Shown: positions 26,852-37,332, numbered from the stretch's first letter. The stretch is DNA of 64,000 nucleotides from Bacteroidales bacterium (GCA_028282585.1 JANQHR010000047.1:32001-96000); one strand, 5' to 3'. Program-made: numbers and translations. The notes: generated by a model from the letters alone, not told the origin.

Positions 26852-29800
26852 CTAGAATTTTATTCCAATAACAATTACATCATCTATCTGGTCTAATTCT
26901 CCTTTCCATTTATAAAACTTTTCTTCAAGAATTTGTTTCTGTTTACTCATGGGTTGATTTTGAATTTCACCTAGCAGTTTCTTGAAGTTTCCGCTTTTAA
27001 ATTTAGTTTGAACAGGTCCTCCAAACTGATCAACATAACCATCGGAGAAGATATAAATGCAATCACCACTTTTTAACTTTATCTCATGATTTGTAAAATG
27101 ATCTTTCTCAACATGATATATTCCAATTGGCATTCGGTCAGCCTTATAGACCTGGAGTTCACCATCTCTGAATAAATACAATGGATTATACGCGCCTGCA
27201 TACTCTAAAATATTTTTGCCTTTATGCAATATACACATGGCCATATCCATTCCATCTTTATTCTCACCTTCTTTACCCGTTTGTCGTAATGAAAATTTAA
27301 TTTTGGTACGCAGCAGTTCTAGTATTCTTGCAGCAGTTAAACCATTATTTTCGTTACCGAATATTTCATTTAATGATGATACACCCAGCATACTCATAAA
27401 TGCCCCGGGAACTCCATGACCTGTGCAATCGGCAGCAGTAAAATATAGTTTATCCTTATCTTCGGCAATCCAGTAGAAATCACCGCTTACTATATCTCTG
27501 GGTTTAAATAGAACAAAGTGATCAACAAATGCTTTTTGGAAATGATCCTTTAATGGTAAAATAGCAGTTTGTATTCTACTTGCATAATTTATACTATCCG
27601 TAATTTCTTCTTTTTGCCGAAGGATTTCATCTCGCTGTATCGTAATTTCATCTCTCTGGGCTTCAATTTCTTCTGCTTTTTCCTGAATCTCTATAGTTCT
27701 TTCATGAACTTTTTGTTCAAGCACTTTCTTATCATGAATTAATTTGCGCTCTCGTACTTTTGAAATGAACATGAAAATAGCAATTGCACCAGCCGCGATA
27801 AGAATATAAAACCAGATACTTTCAGTAAATGGAGGCTCAATAGTAAATTTTACAGATTTAATTTCGCTTTTATTTCCCCAGATATCTTGTGCTCTTACAT
27901 TTAAAGTATATTCACCGGATTTAACTATTAAATTAATATCCTGATTTGTACTCCAGTCCGACCAATCATTCATTAATCCATCAACAAAATATTGATAACG
28001 TGTAGAGTTTTTCTTGATATAAAATGGAGCAATTATTTGAACATATATTGCTTTATTATCCGGATCGAAACTCAAATCGGAAAGTTCAAATAATATTCCC
28101 TTTTCGTTCTGAATTTGATTAAAAAATATATTAAAATCGGGTCTTAAAACATGAAACTTTGAGTGGTTGATCTTATATAACTGGTTATTATTATTGATAA
28201 TCCAAATATTGTTTTTGTTGTCAGCAACTATTGACGAAATATCATCAAATAACTTAAGAATTGATTTTTCCTGATCGGACCACACCGATTCATTATTTAA
28301 ACATGACCATTCATTACTTACTTTAAGCCATGGATATGTTTGTTGATTAAGAATGAATTTTGTCCTTGTTTGTTCTTCGAAAAAATCTGGTTTATAGGCT
28401 AAGAATGAATCCACTTTCTCATCAAAATAATATAATCCTGATTCAAGAAATAAAAATAGTGAATCATTGACAAAATCTAATTTGTATTGTTCAGGAAAAT
28501 CCGTTTGAACGTTGTAATATTTTAAATCTTTTGGTTCACCTAATGAATCGATCAAAAACGAGTAAACCTGGTTATATCCTCCTAACCAGGCATTGTTTTT
28601 ATTAAGAATATTTACAGAGTAAACCGGTTCAATAAAATCAACAAAGTTATACTCTGGTTTCCATTCTTTATCTTCATAGACAATTGAAAAAAGACCATCT
28701 TCTGTAGAAATATAGTAACTGCCTGATTTGCTAATATTACTTATTTGATTGATATATCTGTTCTTAACTATTTCTTTTACTTTATAGTTGTCGATATGAT
28801 AAAGACCATTATTTGTGGCTACCAAAATACCATGTTTTGTTGAAACTAACTGGTTACACTTATCGTCCAGCTCTTCAATCTTTTTATAAATGTAATTGAT
28901 AGATTTTAACGTACTAACTGTTTTTTTTACATAAGTTGGTTTGGTTGATTTTTTAATTGGTAATTGAATACGTTTTTGCTCGCTTTCCTTTTCAGTAGCT
29001 TTTTTTTCTTCCGCTTTTTTTCCAAAAAGTCTTGAAAAAAGTTTTTTAGTGGGTTTCTTTTCTACGTTTGACTGAGTTGAAGTTTTTGTCGAAGCACTGG
29101 CTGTTGTATTTTTTCTTCTTGCAGGACTTGATTTTACCCAAACATCAACTTCATTATAATCCTTGACCTCCGATAAGTAATAAACACCTTCATTTGTAGC
29201 AACATACAGCTCGTTGTTATGCCAAACCGATGATATTAAATTTCCTTTTAATCCCGGGTAAGTGGTATAATTTCTTAAAGGTAAATTGAAGTCAACCCGA
29301 CTAACGCCAAATTCATGCGTTATCCATAATCCATTATTATTATCGAGACCTAAAGCATAGATTTCGTCATCGAGTAATCCATTTTGATAATTAACTGTGT
29401 AAACTATTTTACCGGTTTTTTTATTTACAATTTCAACTCCACCGAATAACGTTCCAAAGGCATATAAAGTATCCGATATTATTTGTCCATCGGCAAGTAT
29501 ACTTTCCGCTAAATAACCTTCATCATTTATATCATAGTTGTAATATTTTATTCCATCAAAAGTATAAAGCTCACTTTCATCGGTACCAACTAATACTCTG
29601 CTATCATTATAAGGTAAACTAAAAAGGATTTCACTACTTTCAGTATAAAACCCTGTTACTATAGGAAATAAAGTGTCACTTTCCAAACGATATAGACCTT
29701 CGCTAAAAACATTAAAAAAAGTATTTTTATGAGTTGTGAACATACCTGTGAAAGGCTTGTTATCTTTTGCATTCCAACGTTTATATTCATCATAATTATT

Positions 29801-30244
29801 AACTGAATGCCTGGTTATTGTACTTTCCCCATAGAAAAAAATTGTTGAATCTGTAAAAAATATTTTAGTTATCATTCCAACATCGGTTGTATCCGGAATC
29901 AGTGAATTATACTCAATTTCTCCTTTGCTATTTCTTTCTAAAAAACCATAGTTGTTGTTCGCACCTACGTACACTTTTTGATTTATTGGATTCTTCTTGA
30001 TAGCGAATGGAATAAACTGAAGTTTTATAAGATCCCAATTTTGACCATCGAATGTAATTATACCTTTTCGATTTGCAAATAGCATAACATTTTGATTATC
30101 CTGACTTATAGACCAGTTTTTGGTTTCAATTTCCTTACTCTCTTTAAAATGCGTTATAAAGGGAGTTCCGTCCTGAGCAAGAGTTGTATCGTTTAGAATA
30201 AACAGTACAAAAATCAAACTTGCAAGCAAAAGATTTTTTATCAT
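26852..30244 (-). CDS. Periplasmic beta-propeller/Y_Y_Y sensor fused to a SpoIIE (PP2C) phosphatase
   Basis: Signal peptide, propeller repeats, YQYFVDG...WSDW, TM, coiled coil, PRDIVSGDFYW, ADCTGHGVPGA, SDGYVDQFGG, DDV. Confidence 0.92.
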   Translation of the reverse strand: MIKNLLLASLIFVLFILNDTTLAQDGTPFITHFKESKEIETKNWSISQDNQNVMLFANRKGIITFDGQNWDLIKLQFIPFAIKKNPINQKVYVGANNNYGFLERNSKGEIEYNSLIPDTTDVGMITKIFFTDSTIFFYGESTITRHSVNNYDEYKRWNAKDNKPFTGMFTTHKNTFFNVFSEGLYRLESDTLFPIVTGFYTESSEILFSLPYNDSRVLVGTDESELYTFDGIKYYNYDINDEGYLAESILADGQIISDTLYAFGTLFGGVEIVNKKTGKIVYTVNYQNGLLDDEIYALGLDNNNGLWITHEFGVSRVDFNLPLRNYTTYPGLKGNLISSVWHNNELYVATNEGVYYLSEVKDYNEVDVWVKSSPARRKNTTASASTKTSTQSNVEKKPTKKLFSRLFGKKAEEKKATEKESEQKRIQLPIKKSTKPTYVKKTVSTLKSINYIYKKIEELDDKCNQLVSTKHGILVATNNGLYHIDNYKVKEIVKNRYINQISNISKSGSYYISTEDGLFSIVYEDKEWKPEYNFVDFIEPVYSVNILNKNNAWLGGYNQVYSFLIDSLGEPKDLKYYNVQTDFPEQYKLDFVNDSLFLFLESGLYYFDEKVDSFLAYKPDFFEEQTRTKFILNQQTYPWLKVSNEWSCLNNESVWSDQEKSILKLFDDISSIVADNKNNIWIINNNNQLYKINHSKFHVLRPDFNIFFNQIQNEKGILFELSDLSFDPDNKAIYVQIIAPFYIKKNSTRYQYFVDGLMNDWSDWSTNQDINLIVKSGEYTLNVRAQDIWGNKSEIKSVKFTIEPPFTESIWFYILIAAGAIAIFMFISKVRERKLIHDKKVLEQKVHERTIEIQEKAEEIEAQRDEITIQRDEILRQKEEITDSINYASRIQTAILPLKDHFQKAFVDHFVLFKPRDIVSGDFYWIAEDKDKLYFTAADCTGHGVPGAFMSMLGVSSLNEIFGNENNGLTAARILELLRTKIKFSLRQTGKEGENKDGMDMAMCILHKGKNILEYAGAYNPLYLFRDGELQVYKADRMPIGIYHVEKDHFTNHEIKLKSGDCIYIFSDGYVDQFGGPVQTKFKSGNFKKLLGEIQNQPMSKQKQILEEKFYKWKGELDQIDDVIVIGIKF

Positions 30245-30469
30245 AAGAATGGAGTTCTGTTAATAATAATCAGGCTTATAATTTACTAAAAATTATCGTA
30301 CCTAAAGATTTACAAATGATATTTTTATGTTAAAACTTTTGTAAATTCATATAGTTTATTTATCTAATAAAATTGTATATTCATGTAAATTATTGTTATC
30401 TCTCTTTTTGATTAGGTAACTTGCAAAAATTGGAATCGTAAATATGTAATGTCTTTGAATTATTAGGTT

Positions 30470-31552
30470 TTGAGTATAAAAAATGAAAACATATTAGAAC
30501 TCTCTGATGAAACAATAATTCCGTTAAGTAAGTTTTCAAAAAGATCACTTAACTCTTTCGAAAACAAAAATCTAATGGAATATGGTGTTTTTAGCGAAGA
30601 GGTTCATCAAAAACTTAAAGAATTAAAGAAGCTTCACAATAAAAAACAAATTCCTATATTAGTTACAGGGAAAACAGGCTCCGGAAAAGAAGTAATTGCT
30701 AAATACATACAGTACGAAGTTGATAATAATGAAGGACCATACGTAGCGATTAACTGCTCAAATGTTAACAAGGAAGTGTTCGAGGCAGAGCTATTTGGCT
30801 ACAATAAAGGAGCATTTACGGGCGCCAATAGTGATGGAAAAAAAGGGTACATTGAACTAGCAGAAAATGGTACTTTATTTTTAGATGAGATAACTGAAGT
30901 GGAAAGAGATGTACAGGTAAAACTATTAAGAGTACTTCAGGAAAGAGAATATTACAGATTAGGAGGTGATAAAAGTTATAATGTAAATTGCCGGATAATA
31001 GGAGCTACAAATAGAGATATAAGAGAGTTGGTTAAAAAGGGAGAGTTTCGAGAAGATTTATTTTACAGATTAAATATTGTAGAGCTGAATGTTCCGGGTT
31101 TAAAAGATAGAAAAGATGAAATTATCCCATTGTTAGGTTGGTTTATTAAAAATTTAAACAAACAATTTGGTAAAAACATAAATTTTGTTGAGGCAAAGGT
31201 TTTAAAGTTGTTCTATCACTATGATTGGCCTGGTAATATTAGGGAGTTAAAGAACCTCATTACGCAGGTAATGATATTTATAGAAAGTGATACTATTAAA
31301 TTTGAGCATTTACAGATAAAAGATAAACTGGATAGACTGCATACAGAACAAATGTCTACTAATATTAAAATTGATTCTTATAGTAAAGAAAACATAATAG
31401 AAAAACTCCTGGAAAATTCCTTTAATGTGGAAGAGTTCACGCTTGATATTGTTAGAGCTGCACTTAAAAAATTTGAAGGAAACAAAACAAAAGCAGCTAA
31501 ATATCTGGGACTAAAAAGAGAACAGTTGTATAATCGGTTTAAATTAAACTAA
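30470..31552 (+). CDS. Sigma-54 enhancer-binding protein (AAA+ plus Fis HTH) without a recognisable input domain
   Basis: GKTGSGKE, ELFGYNKGAFTGA, LFLDEI, WPGNIRELKN, GNKTKAAKYLGL; start codon uncertain. Confidence 0.93.
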   Translation: MSIKNENILELSDETIIPLSKFSKRSLNSFENKNLMEYGVFSEEVHQKLKELKKLHNKKQIPILVTGKTGSGKEVIAKYIQYEVDNNEGPYVAINCSNVNKEVFEAELFGYNKGAFTGANSDGKKGYIELAENGTLFLDEITEVERDVQVKLLRVLQEREYYRLGGDKSYNVNCRIIGATNRDIRELVKKGEFREDLFYRLNIVELNVPGLKDRKDEIIPLLGWFIKNLNKQFGKNINFVEAKVLKLFYHYDWPGNIRELKNLITQVMIFIESDTIKFEHLQIKDKLDRLHTEQMSTNIKIDSYSKENIIEKLLENSFNVEEFTLDIVRAALKKFEGNKTKAAKYLGLKREQLYNRFKLN

Positions 31553-31553
31553 G

Positions 31554-31666
31554 TGTAAGTTTTCTTACAGTTCAAATTCCTTGACTATTTTAACAAATTT
31601 ATTACTTAATATTAAAATTGTAAGATTTCTTACAATTTTATTTCTTTTTTTGTTTAATTTCTTACA
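31554..31666 (+). promoter_or_regulatory. Three TGT-N10-ACA upstream activator sites
   Basis: TGTAAGTTTTCTTACA (31554), TGTAAGATTTCTTACA (31619), TGTTTAATTTCTTACA (31651). Confidence 0.75.
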
Positions 31667-31728
31667 ACTACAACTATTTAGAACGTGTTTAAATAGTTAA
31701 AAATTTGATTATCATTTAGTTGAAAATT

Positions 31729-31745
31729 TTGGTATAAGTGTTGAA
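31729..31745 (+). promoter_or_regulatory. Candidate sigma-54 -24/-12 promoter
   Basis: TTGGTATAAGTGTTGAA: GG and TTGA at the canonical spacing (GA in place of GC). Confidence 0.6.
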
Positions 31746-31778
31746 TATTTTAAAACCGGGTTAATAAATTATACCAAA

Positions 31779-32138
31779 ATGAAAATTCTAGTAGTCGACG
31801 ATTCAACAATAAACAATATTTTACTTCAGAACTTTCTTGAAGAAAATAAGTTTGAGGTAGTTACTACTCTTAATGGCCCGGACGCCATTGATATTCTCTC
31901 AAAAGAAAAAATTGAATTGGTTATACTTGACGTTATGATGCCAGAGTTTAGTGGTTTTGATTTTTTGAATCATTTAAATAAGCACCAAATTGAGACACCT
32001 GTGATTGTAATTACGGCAAGTGCGGATACGGATTATAAGGTCAGATCCCTAGAATTAGGAGCAAAAGACTTTATTAATAAGCCAATTCAGTTTGATGAGT
32101 TATTGGAAAAAATAAGAAAAACGGTAGAATTAGTATAA
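31779..32138 (+). CDS. Single-domain response regulator (CheY-like)
   Basis: ILVVDD, ILDVMMPEFSG, ITA, FINKP. Confidence 0.93.
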   Translation: MKILVVDDSTINNILLQNFLEENKFEVVTTLNGPDAIDILSKEKIELVILDVMMPEFSGFDFLNHLNKHQIETPVIVITASADTDYKVRSLELGAKDFINKPIQFDELLEKIRKTVELV

Positions 32139-32146
32139 AAAATTAT

Positions 32147-32788
32147 ATGAGGAACTGCTACCCACAACATAGAATACAACGTTATACAATTATTATTCTA
32201 TTACTATGCTTGCAAATTAGTGTTTCTAAAGCTCAAGAAAGTTTTATTCCATTGGTTGTGGGTAGTTCAATTAACCAATCAATTAATAACGAAATAGATG
32301 GTGGTGTTTTAACAATTGGGTTAAATATTGTTAAGGCTAGAAGAACATACGAGTTGGCTGCTATTATTGATGAAGAAGAAGGTATTAATGGAGCTGAGTT
32401 TATGCATAAGATATTCTTAAATAAGAAAGACCAATCGGACGATTACAATATTGGAAATTATTCGTTACGCCCATTTCTTGTGTATAACCTGGTATATCTA
32501 AGAGAATTAAGCAATACGCAGAAAAATAATAATTTAATTATAACTGAAAGTGATTTTTATTATGTTGGAGATCTCGAAGAACCTGAAAAAGTGATTTTAA
32601 TTCAACACTTTGTTGGTATGGGTTTAGAACAAGATATTTTTCAGCATTTGTTTATCAATGCCAGTGCATTTACGGGTATTCGATTAGGTAAGAACAACAA
32701 CAACAACAAAATAGACCCAGCCAAAGATCAAATACAAGAGAACGCCTACTCTTGGAATGTAAAGTTTGGATTTGGCTATAGATTTTAG
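32147..32788 (+). CDS. Putative outer-membrane beta-barrel protein
   Basis: Signal peptide; C-terminal NVKFGFGYRF beta-signal. Confidence 0.7.
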   Translation: MRNCYPQHRIQRYTIIILLLCLQISVSKAQESFIPLVVGSSINQSINNEIDGGVLTIGLNIVKARRTYELAAIIDEEEGINGAEFMHKIFLNKKDQSDDYNIGNYSLRPFLVYNLVYLRELSNTQKNNNLIITESDFYYVGDLEEPEKVILIQHFVGMGLEQDIFQHLFINASAFTGIRLGKNNNNNKIDPAKDQIQENAYSWNVKFGFGYRF

Positions 32789-32860
32789 TTTCTAAGTAAC
32801 GTTTTCTTTTACGCTAGATAGGCGGTTTGATTGTTAGCACGTTTGTGGTGAAAGCCACTA

Positions 32861-32890
32861 AAAGCCCGGAGTGGTGTCCGGGCTTTCTTC
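32861..32890 (+). terminator. Intrinsic terminator
   Basis: AAAGCCCGGA-GTGGTG-TCCGGGCTTT. Confidence 0.8.
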
Positions 32891-32918
32891 TTCTTAATTT
32901 AATCTTATAACATTTTTT

Positions 32919-33048
32919 GAATAACGAATATAGAACACTGAATGATGAATTTTGAATTTCTTGTTAAATTTATTTTTATTCTTAAATCTTGCAGGTTTTA
33001 TACCCTCCTATTCTTAAATCGAAATTCGTTAATCCATATTCATTATTC
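32919..33048. repeat. Inverted heptamer-periodic repeat tracts
   Basis: GAA every 7 nt six times (32919-32954) and TTC/ATC every 7 nt six times (33011-33046). Confidence 0.7.
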
Positions 33049-33056
33049 TTTTTTCA

Positions 33057-34958
33057 TTAAAACTTAGTTACTTCTTCGAGGTTTTTAGTATTAATAATCT
33101 CTTTTGCATCAGGTGTAAATAGGTACTCAAGCTTATCTTTGTGATATTCAACTATTTTACCTCGTACCATTTTTAACGTCGTATTTATGAGTTTATTTTC
33201 TTCAGAAAATGGCTCAGCGATAATAGCTATGGCTGATGGTAACCAGCGCTCGGGGAACTGCCCTTCAAATTTACCTCCTTTTTTAAATTCATCTATTTCT
33301 TCCTGAAGTTTTTGCAATACGAGTTTTTGCCCTTCGGTTGTATTAATGCCCAGATTATTTTCCTTAACAGCCTTTTTTAAAGCTTCCTTCTTTGGAACAA
33401 TTAATCCAACCGTATAAGCACTTTGATCGTTGAACAACATAACTTGGTCAATGTATTTTGTTTGTTCCACTAAAGCTTCTTCTATTGATTCAGGGCTATA
33501 TTTTTCACCGTCATTTCCAATTAATAAACTTTTGAACCTACCTAATACGTAAAGGAAACCGTCTTTATCCATATACCCTAGATCGCCTGTGTGTAGCCAA
33601 CCATCTTTTAATGTTTCGTTAGTGGCTTTTTCATTTTTCCAGTAACCAACCATAATATTTTCACCACGACAAACAATTTCTCCCTTCTGTCCAACCGGAA
33701 GTTCATTTCCATCATCATCACAAATCTTTAAGTCGAGATTTGTCACCAGATAACCGGACGAACCTAGCTTATGCTTCTTCATAGAATTGGATGATATAAT
33801 CGGAGCTGATTCTGATAATCCATACCCCTGGAACATTGGCATTCCAATAGCATAATAGAATTTTTGTAGTTCTATATCAAGTAGAGCTCCCCCTCCAATA
33901 AAAAACTTTAATTCTCCTCCAAAACCTTCTCTTATTTTGCTGAATAAGATTTTATCAAATAAGTTTACTAAGGGTTTTTTCCAAAAATGTAAAAATCCAC
34001 CTTTATTGAATCCCTCTTTATTATAACTATAAGAAATCCTTAACGCGAAATTGAATAACTTTTCTGCTGTTGTTCCTTTATCTGTAATACCCTTTTCTAT
34101 GTTTTTCTTGAAATTTTTAGCTAAAGCAGGAACACTTAGAATTATATTCGGTTTAGTTTCCTTAATATTAACTGGAATATTTTTTAAAGTTTCCATAACG
34201 GTTTTTCCAGACTGAACAAAGGCTAAGCTCGCACCATAAGCCATAAAGCTGTAAATCCCGGCAGTGTGAGCAAAAGAATGATCTAATGGAAGAATGGTTA
34301 AAGTTTTATAGTGTTCCGGAATTTCCATAAGACTGCATGCTTGCTCAACATTCGCCGTGTAATTTCTATGAGTAAGCATAATCCCTTTTGGATCGGCTGT
34401 TGTCCCCGATGTGTAACTAATATTAGCTAAATCACCAGGTTTAACATTAACTATTATTTTATCAAATTCTTCCGGGTTGGATTTTAAAAATTCTTCACCT
34501 TGTTTAAATATATTTTCAATAAAAGTTTCATCATTATCATAATTATCCTGAGGATCAAGGTAAATAACTTTCTCAAGTTCAGGTAAGTCATTTTTAATTT
34601 GTTTTACCTTTTGTGCCTGAGCATTTGAAACAAATATCATTTTAGTTCCCGAATGTTCTAATCTGAACTTAAGGTCAGTTCCAGCATCCAATTTCACGGA
34701 TAAAGGAACATTGATAGCACCTGTATACAGAATTGCTAATTCACTCATTACCCAATAATTTCTTCCTTCGGATAGCAAAGCAATACGATCTTCTTTTTTT
34801 ATGTTTAAGGTAATTAATCCGGCAGCTAATATTTTTGTTTTCTCTAAAACTGCTTGATAAGTAAGTGATTCATATTTATTGGTTTTCTTCTCCCATAAAA
34901 AAGGATTCGATGAATATTTGTTTACACTATTTTCAAAAAGATCAATAATCGTTGTCAT
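33057..34958 (-). CDS. fadD: Long-chain acyl-CoA synthetase
   Basis: YTSGTTADPKG, QGYGLSE, GWLHTGDLG. Confidence 0.92.
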   Translation of the reverse strand: MTTIIDLFENSVNKYSSNPFLWEKKTNKYESLTYQAVLEKTKILAAGLITLNIKKEDRIALLSEGRNYWVMSELAILYTGAINVPLSVKLDAGTDLKFRLEHSGTKMIFVSNAQAQKVKQIKNDLPELEKVIYLDPQDNYDNDETFIENIFKQGEEFLKSNPEEFDKIIVNVKPGDLANISYTSGTTADPKGIMLTHRNYTANVEQACSLMEIPEHYKTLTILPLDHSFAHTAGIYSFMAYGASLAFVQSGKTVMETLKNIPVNIKETKPNIILSVPALAKNFKKNIEKGITDKGTTAEKLFNFALRISYSYNKEGFNKGGFLHFWKKPLVNLFDKILFSKIREGFGGELKFFIGGGALLDIELQKFYYAIGMPMFQGYGLSESAPIISSNSMKKHKLGSSGYLVTNLDLKICDDDGNELPVGQKGEIVCRGENIMVGYWKNEKATNETLKDGWLHTGDLGYMDKDGFLYVLGRFKSLLIGNDGEKYSPESIEEALVEQTKYIDQVMLFNDQSAYTVGLIVPKKEALKKAVKENNLGINTTEGQKLVLQKLQEEIDEFKKGGKFEGQFPERWLPSAIAIIAEPFSEENKLINTTLKMVRGKIVEYHKDKLEYLFTPDAKEIINTKNLEEVTKF

Positions 34959-35216
34959 ATTTGGTTTATTTAGATTTTGATTTCACAATTTAAAAAAAAT
35001 ACTCAACATGTAAAGTTTTATATTGTAGTAATAACGGGAGCTAAGAGCTATATGTAAATAAATCAGTATTTTAGGTGGTTCCAATTTAATAATTATAGTT
35101 TGTAGTTTTCATAAATATTTTAAATACAGAAATTTATGTTGTATTATTTGAATCTGACGGGTATTTTTATATATCTTTGTATTATAAAACTCAAAATCAA
35201 CGTAATCCTAATTATA

Positions 35217-35669
35217 ATGAGAAAGATTGTAATAGCGCTAAGTTTATTAGTAATTTTCAGTTCAGGCTGTAATATAATTGGCAAGAAAAAAAGAGAAGAA
35301 CAGCAAAGAATTGAAGCTCAAAGAAAAAAAGATAGTTTAGCAACTGTTCAGAAAAAAGCGGAAGAAGAAAAGCTTAAGAAACAAAAAGAAGAGCAGGCGA
35401 AAAAAGAAGCAGCAAGAAGAGCTGAAGAAGAGAGACGTAAATTATATAAGTTTCATGTAATTGTAGGAAGTTTTAAAACTCCGCAATATGCTACAGCTTA
35501 TAACGAGTTAATGGGTAAAAAAGGATACCAAACAGAGATTATAACTAATAATTATAATTTCCGGATGGTGAGTATAGGAGCATACAAATCATGGAGAGAA
35601 GCAGTTACGGAATTGGGTAAAGCCAGAGATGCCGTTGAACCAACATCATGGATTTATATAAGACAATAA
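35217..35669 (+). CDS. SPOR-domain lipoprotein
   Basis: Likely start MRKIVIALSLLVIFSSGC (lipobox), charged coiled coil, FHVIVGSFK SPOR motif. Confidence 0.85.
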   Translation: MRKIVIALSLLVIFSSGCNIIGKKKREEQQRIEAQRKKDSLATVQKKAEEEKLKKQKEEQAKKEAARRAEEERRKLYKFHVIVGSFKTPQYATAYNELMGKKGYQTEIITNNYNFRMVSIGAYKSWREAVTELGKARDAVEPTSWIYIRQ

Positions 35670-35692
35670 CTTACTTTTAAAGAATAATTTAT

Positions 35693-35720
35693 GAGCCGAC
35701 AATATTTGTTGGCTCTTTTT
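35693..35720 (+). terminator. Intrinsic terminator
   Basis: GAGCCGAC...GTTGGCTC followed by a T-run. Confidence 0.75.
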
Positions 35721-35835
35721 GTTTATAAATAATTATTAAGCGTTTTAGAACTATAATTAGGTTAAATCGTTTTTTTAAATTATGAATTATTTTATATTCG
35801 CATATATTAAGAAAATATTAACTAACTAAATAATT

Positions 35836-37275
35836 ATGACAGAAATAATAAAGTCTACTTTAAGAGATAATGCAGCCGCTCGTTGGTTTGTATTAATACT
35901 TGTTTCAATAACTATGCTTATTGCATACACTTTTATGGAAGTGCTTTCACCATTACAAACTCTTATTCAAAGCACATATGGTTGGAGCGGAACAGATTGG
36001 GGAGTTGTAACCGGAGCTCAAGGTTATTTAAATGTATTTGCATTTATGTTAATATTTGCAGGTATAGTATTAGATAAAATGGGTATTAAGTTTACTGCAG
36101 TTAGTTCAGGCATAGTTATGATTCTTGGTGCTTTCATTAAGTACTATGCTTTTGCAGGAAACTTTGAAATTGGTTCAACAATAATTGGAATTGATTCAAG
36201 AGTGTTTACATCTGCAGCAGGTTTTGCAATCTTTTGTGTTGGTGCGGAAGGAGCAGGAATAACGGTATCAAGGATAATTGTAAAATGGTTTCAAGGTAAA
36301 GAGATGGCACTGGCAATGGGTTCTGAAATGGCATTAGCTCGTTTAGGATCATTTACAGCTTTGTTTTTTTCTCCGCGTATAGCAGATAGTTTTAATATTC
36401 CAACATCAGTTTTAGTAGGAGCTATTGCTCTATGTATAGGTCTAATTTTGTTCCTTGTGTATTGTGTAATGGATAACAGATTAGATAAACAAATTGAGGA
36501 AGATGCTTCAGATGAAGAACCATTTAAAATTTCAGATATTAAAGTAATTATTACAAGTAAAGGCTTCTGGTATATTGCTATTTTATGCTTGTTATTCTAT
36601 TCTGCGGTTTTCCCTTTCTATAAATTTTCATCAGGATTAATGGTTAATAAATTTGGTGTTGATCCGTCAACAGCTGGAGACATTCCTTCAATTTTACCAT
36701 TTGGTACAATATTACTGACTCCACTTTTTGGTTATATATATGATAAATTAGGAAAAGGTGCTTCAATAATGATATTAGGAGCTATTTTACTAGTAATTGT
36801 TCATTCAATTTTTTATGTTCCATCTCTAACTGCAACTTGGGTTGCAATATTTGCTGTAGTACTTTTAGGTATAGCATTTTCTTTGGTTCCTTCAGCAATG
36901 TGGCCATCTGTTCCAAAAATTATTCCCGAAAAACAATTGGGATCAGCTTATGCCCTAATTTTTTATGTTCAAAATATTGGTTTAATGTTGGTGCCTATTT
37001 TATTAGGGGTTGTGCTAGATAGAACTAACCCAGGTGTTAATGAAAAAATTGAGACTGCTATTGCAACTTTTAGAGAGCAAGGAGTTCCTGCAAATGAAAT
37101 AACCGGAAAAATTCAAACTCTTAGAGAAACCGGAGAAATTCCTATGTTTGATTATTCTTCAACTTGGTTGATTTTTGTTGTGTTAACTATTTTAGCAACA
37201 GTATTTGGATTTTTATTAAAAGCTGAAGATAAACGAAAAGGTTATGGCCTTGAATTGCCAAATATTAAGAAATAG
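35836..37275 (+). CDS. MFS transporter, MFSD1-like, paralogue 1
   Basis: GIVLDKMGIK, KWFQGKEMALAMG, FSLVPSAMWPSV. Confidence 0.9.
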   Translation: MTEIIKSTLRDNAAARWFVLILVSITMLIAYTFMEVLSPLQTLIQSTYGWSGTDWGVVTGAQGYLNVFAFMLIFAGIVLDKMGIKFTAVSSGIVMILGAFIKYYAFAGNFEIGSTIIGIDSRVFTSAAGFAIFCVGAEGAGITVSRIIVKWFQGKEMALAMGSEMALARLGSFTALFFSPRIADSFNIPTSVLVGAIALCIGLILFLVYCVMDNRLDKQIEEDASDEEPFKISDIKVIITSKGFWYIAILCLLFYSAVFPFYKFSSGLMVNKFGVDPSTAGDIPSILPFGTILLTPLFGYIYDKLGKGASIMILGAILLVIVHSIFYVPSLTATWVAIFAVVLLGIAFSLVPSAMWPSVPKIIPEKQLGSAYALIFYVQNIGLMLVPILLGVVLDRTNPGVNEKIETAIATFREQGVPANEITGKIQTLRETGEIPMFDYSSTWLIFVVLTILATVFGFLLKAEDKRKGYGLELPNIKK

Positions 37276-37305
37276 GTTTTATAACATAATTTATATTTAT
37301 ATGTG

Positions 37306-37332
37306 GGCTGCTAATTTTTGGCAGCCTTTTTT
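37306..37332 (+). terminator. Intrinsic terminator
   Basis: GGCTGCTAA...TTGGCAGCC followed by a T-run. Confidence 0.75.

Noticed and set aside
32692-32710. AAC trinucleotide run as a phase-variation tract
   Set aside because: In-frame poly-Asn codons; length change would not shift the frame
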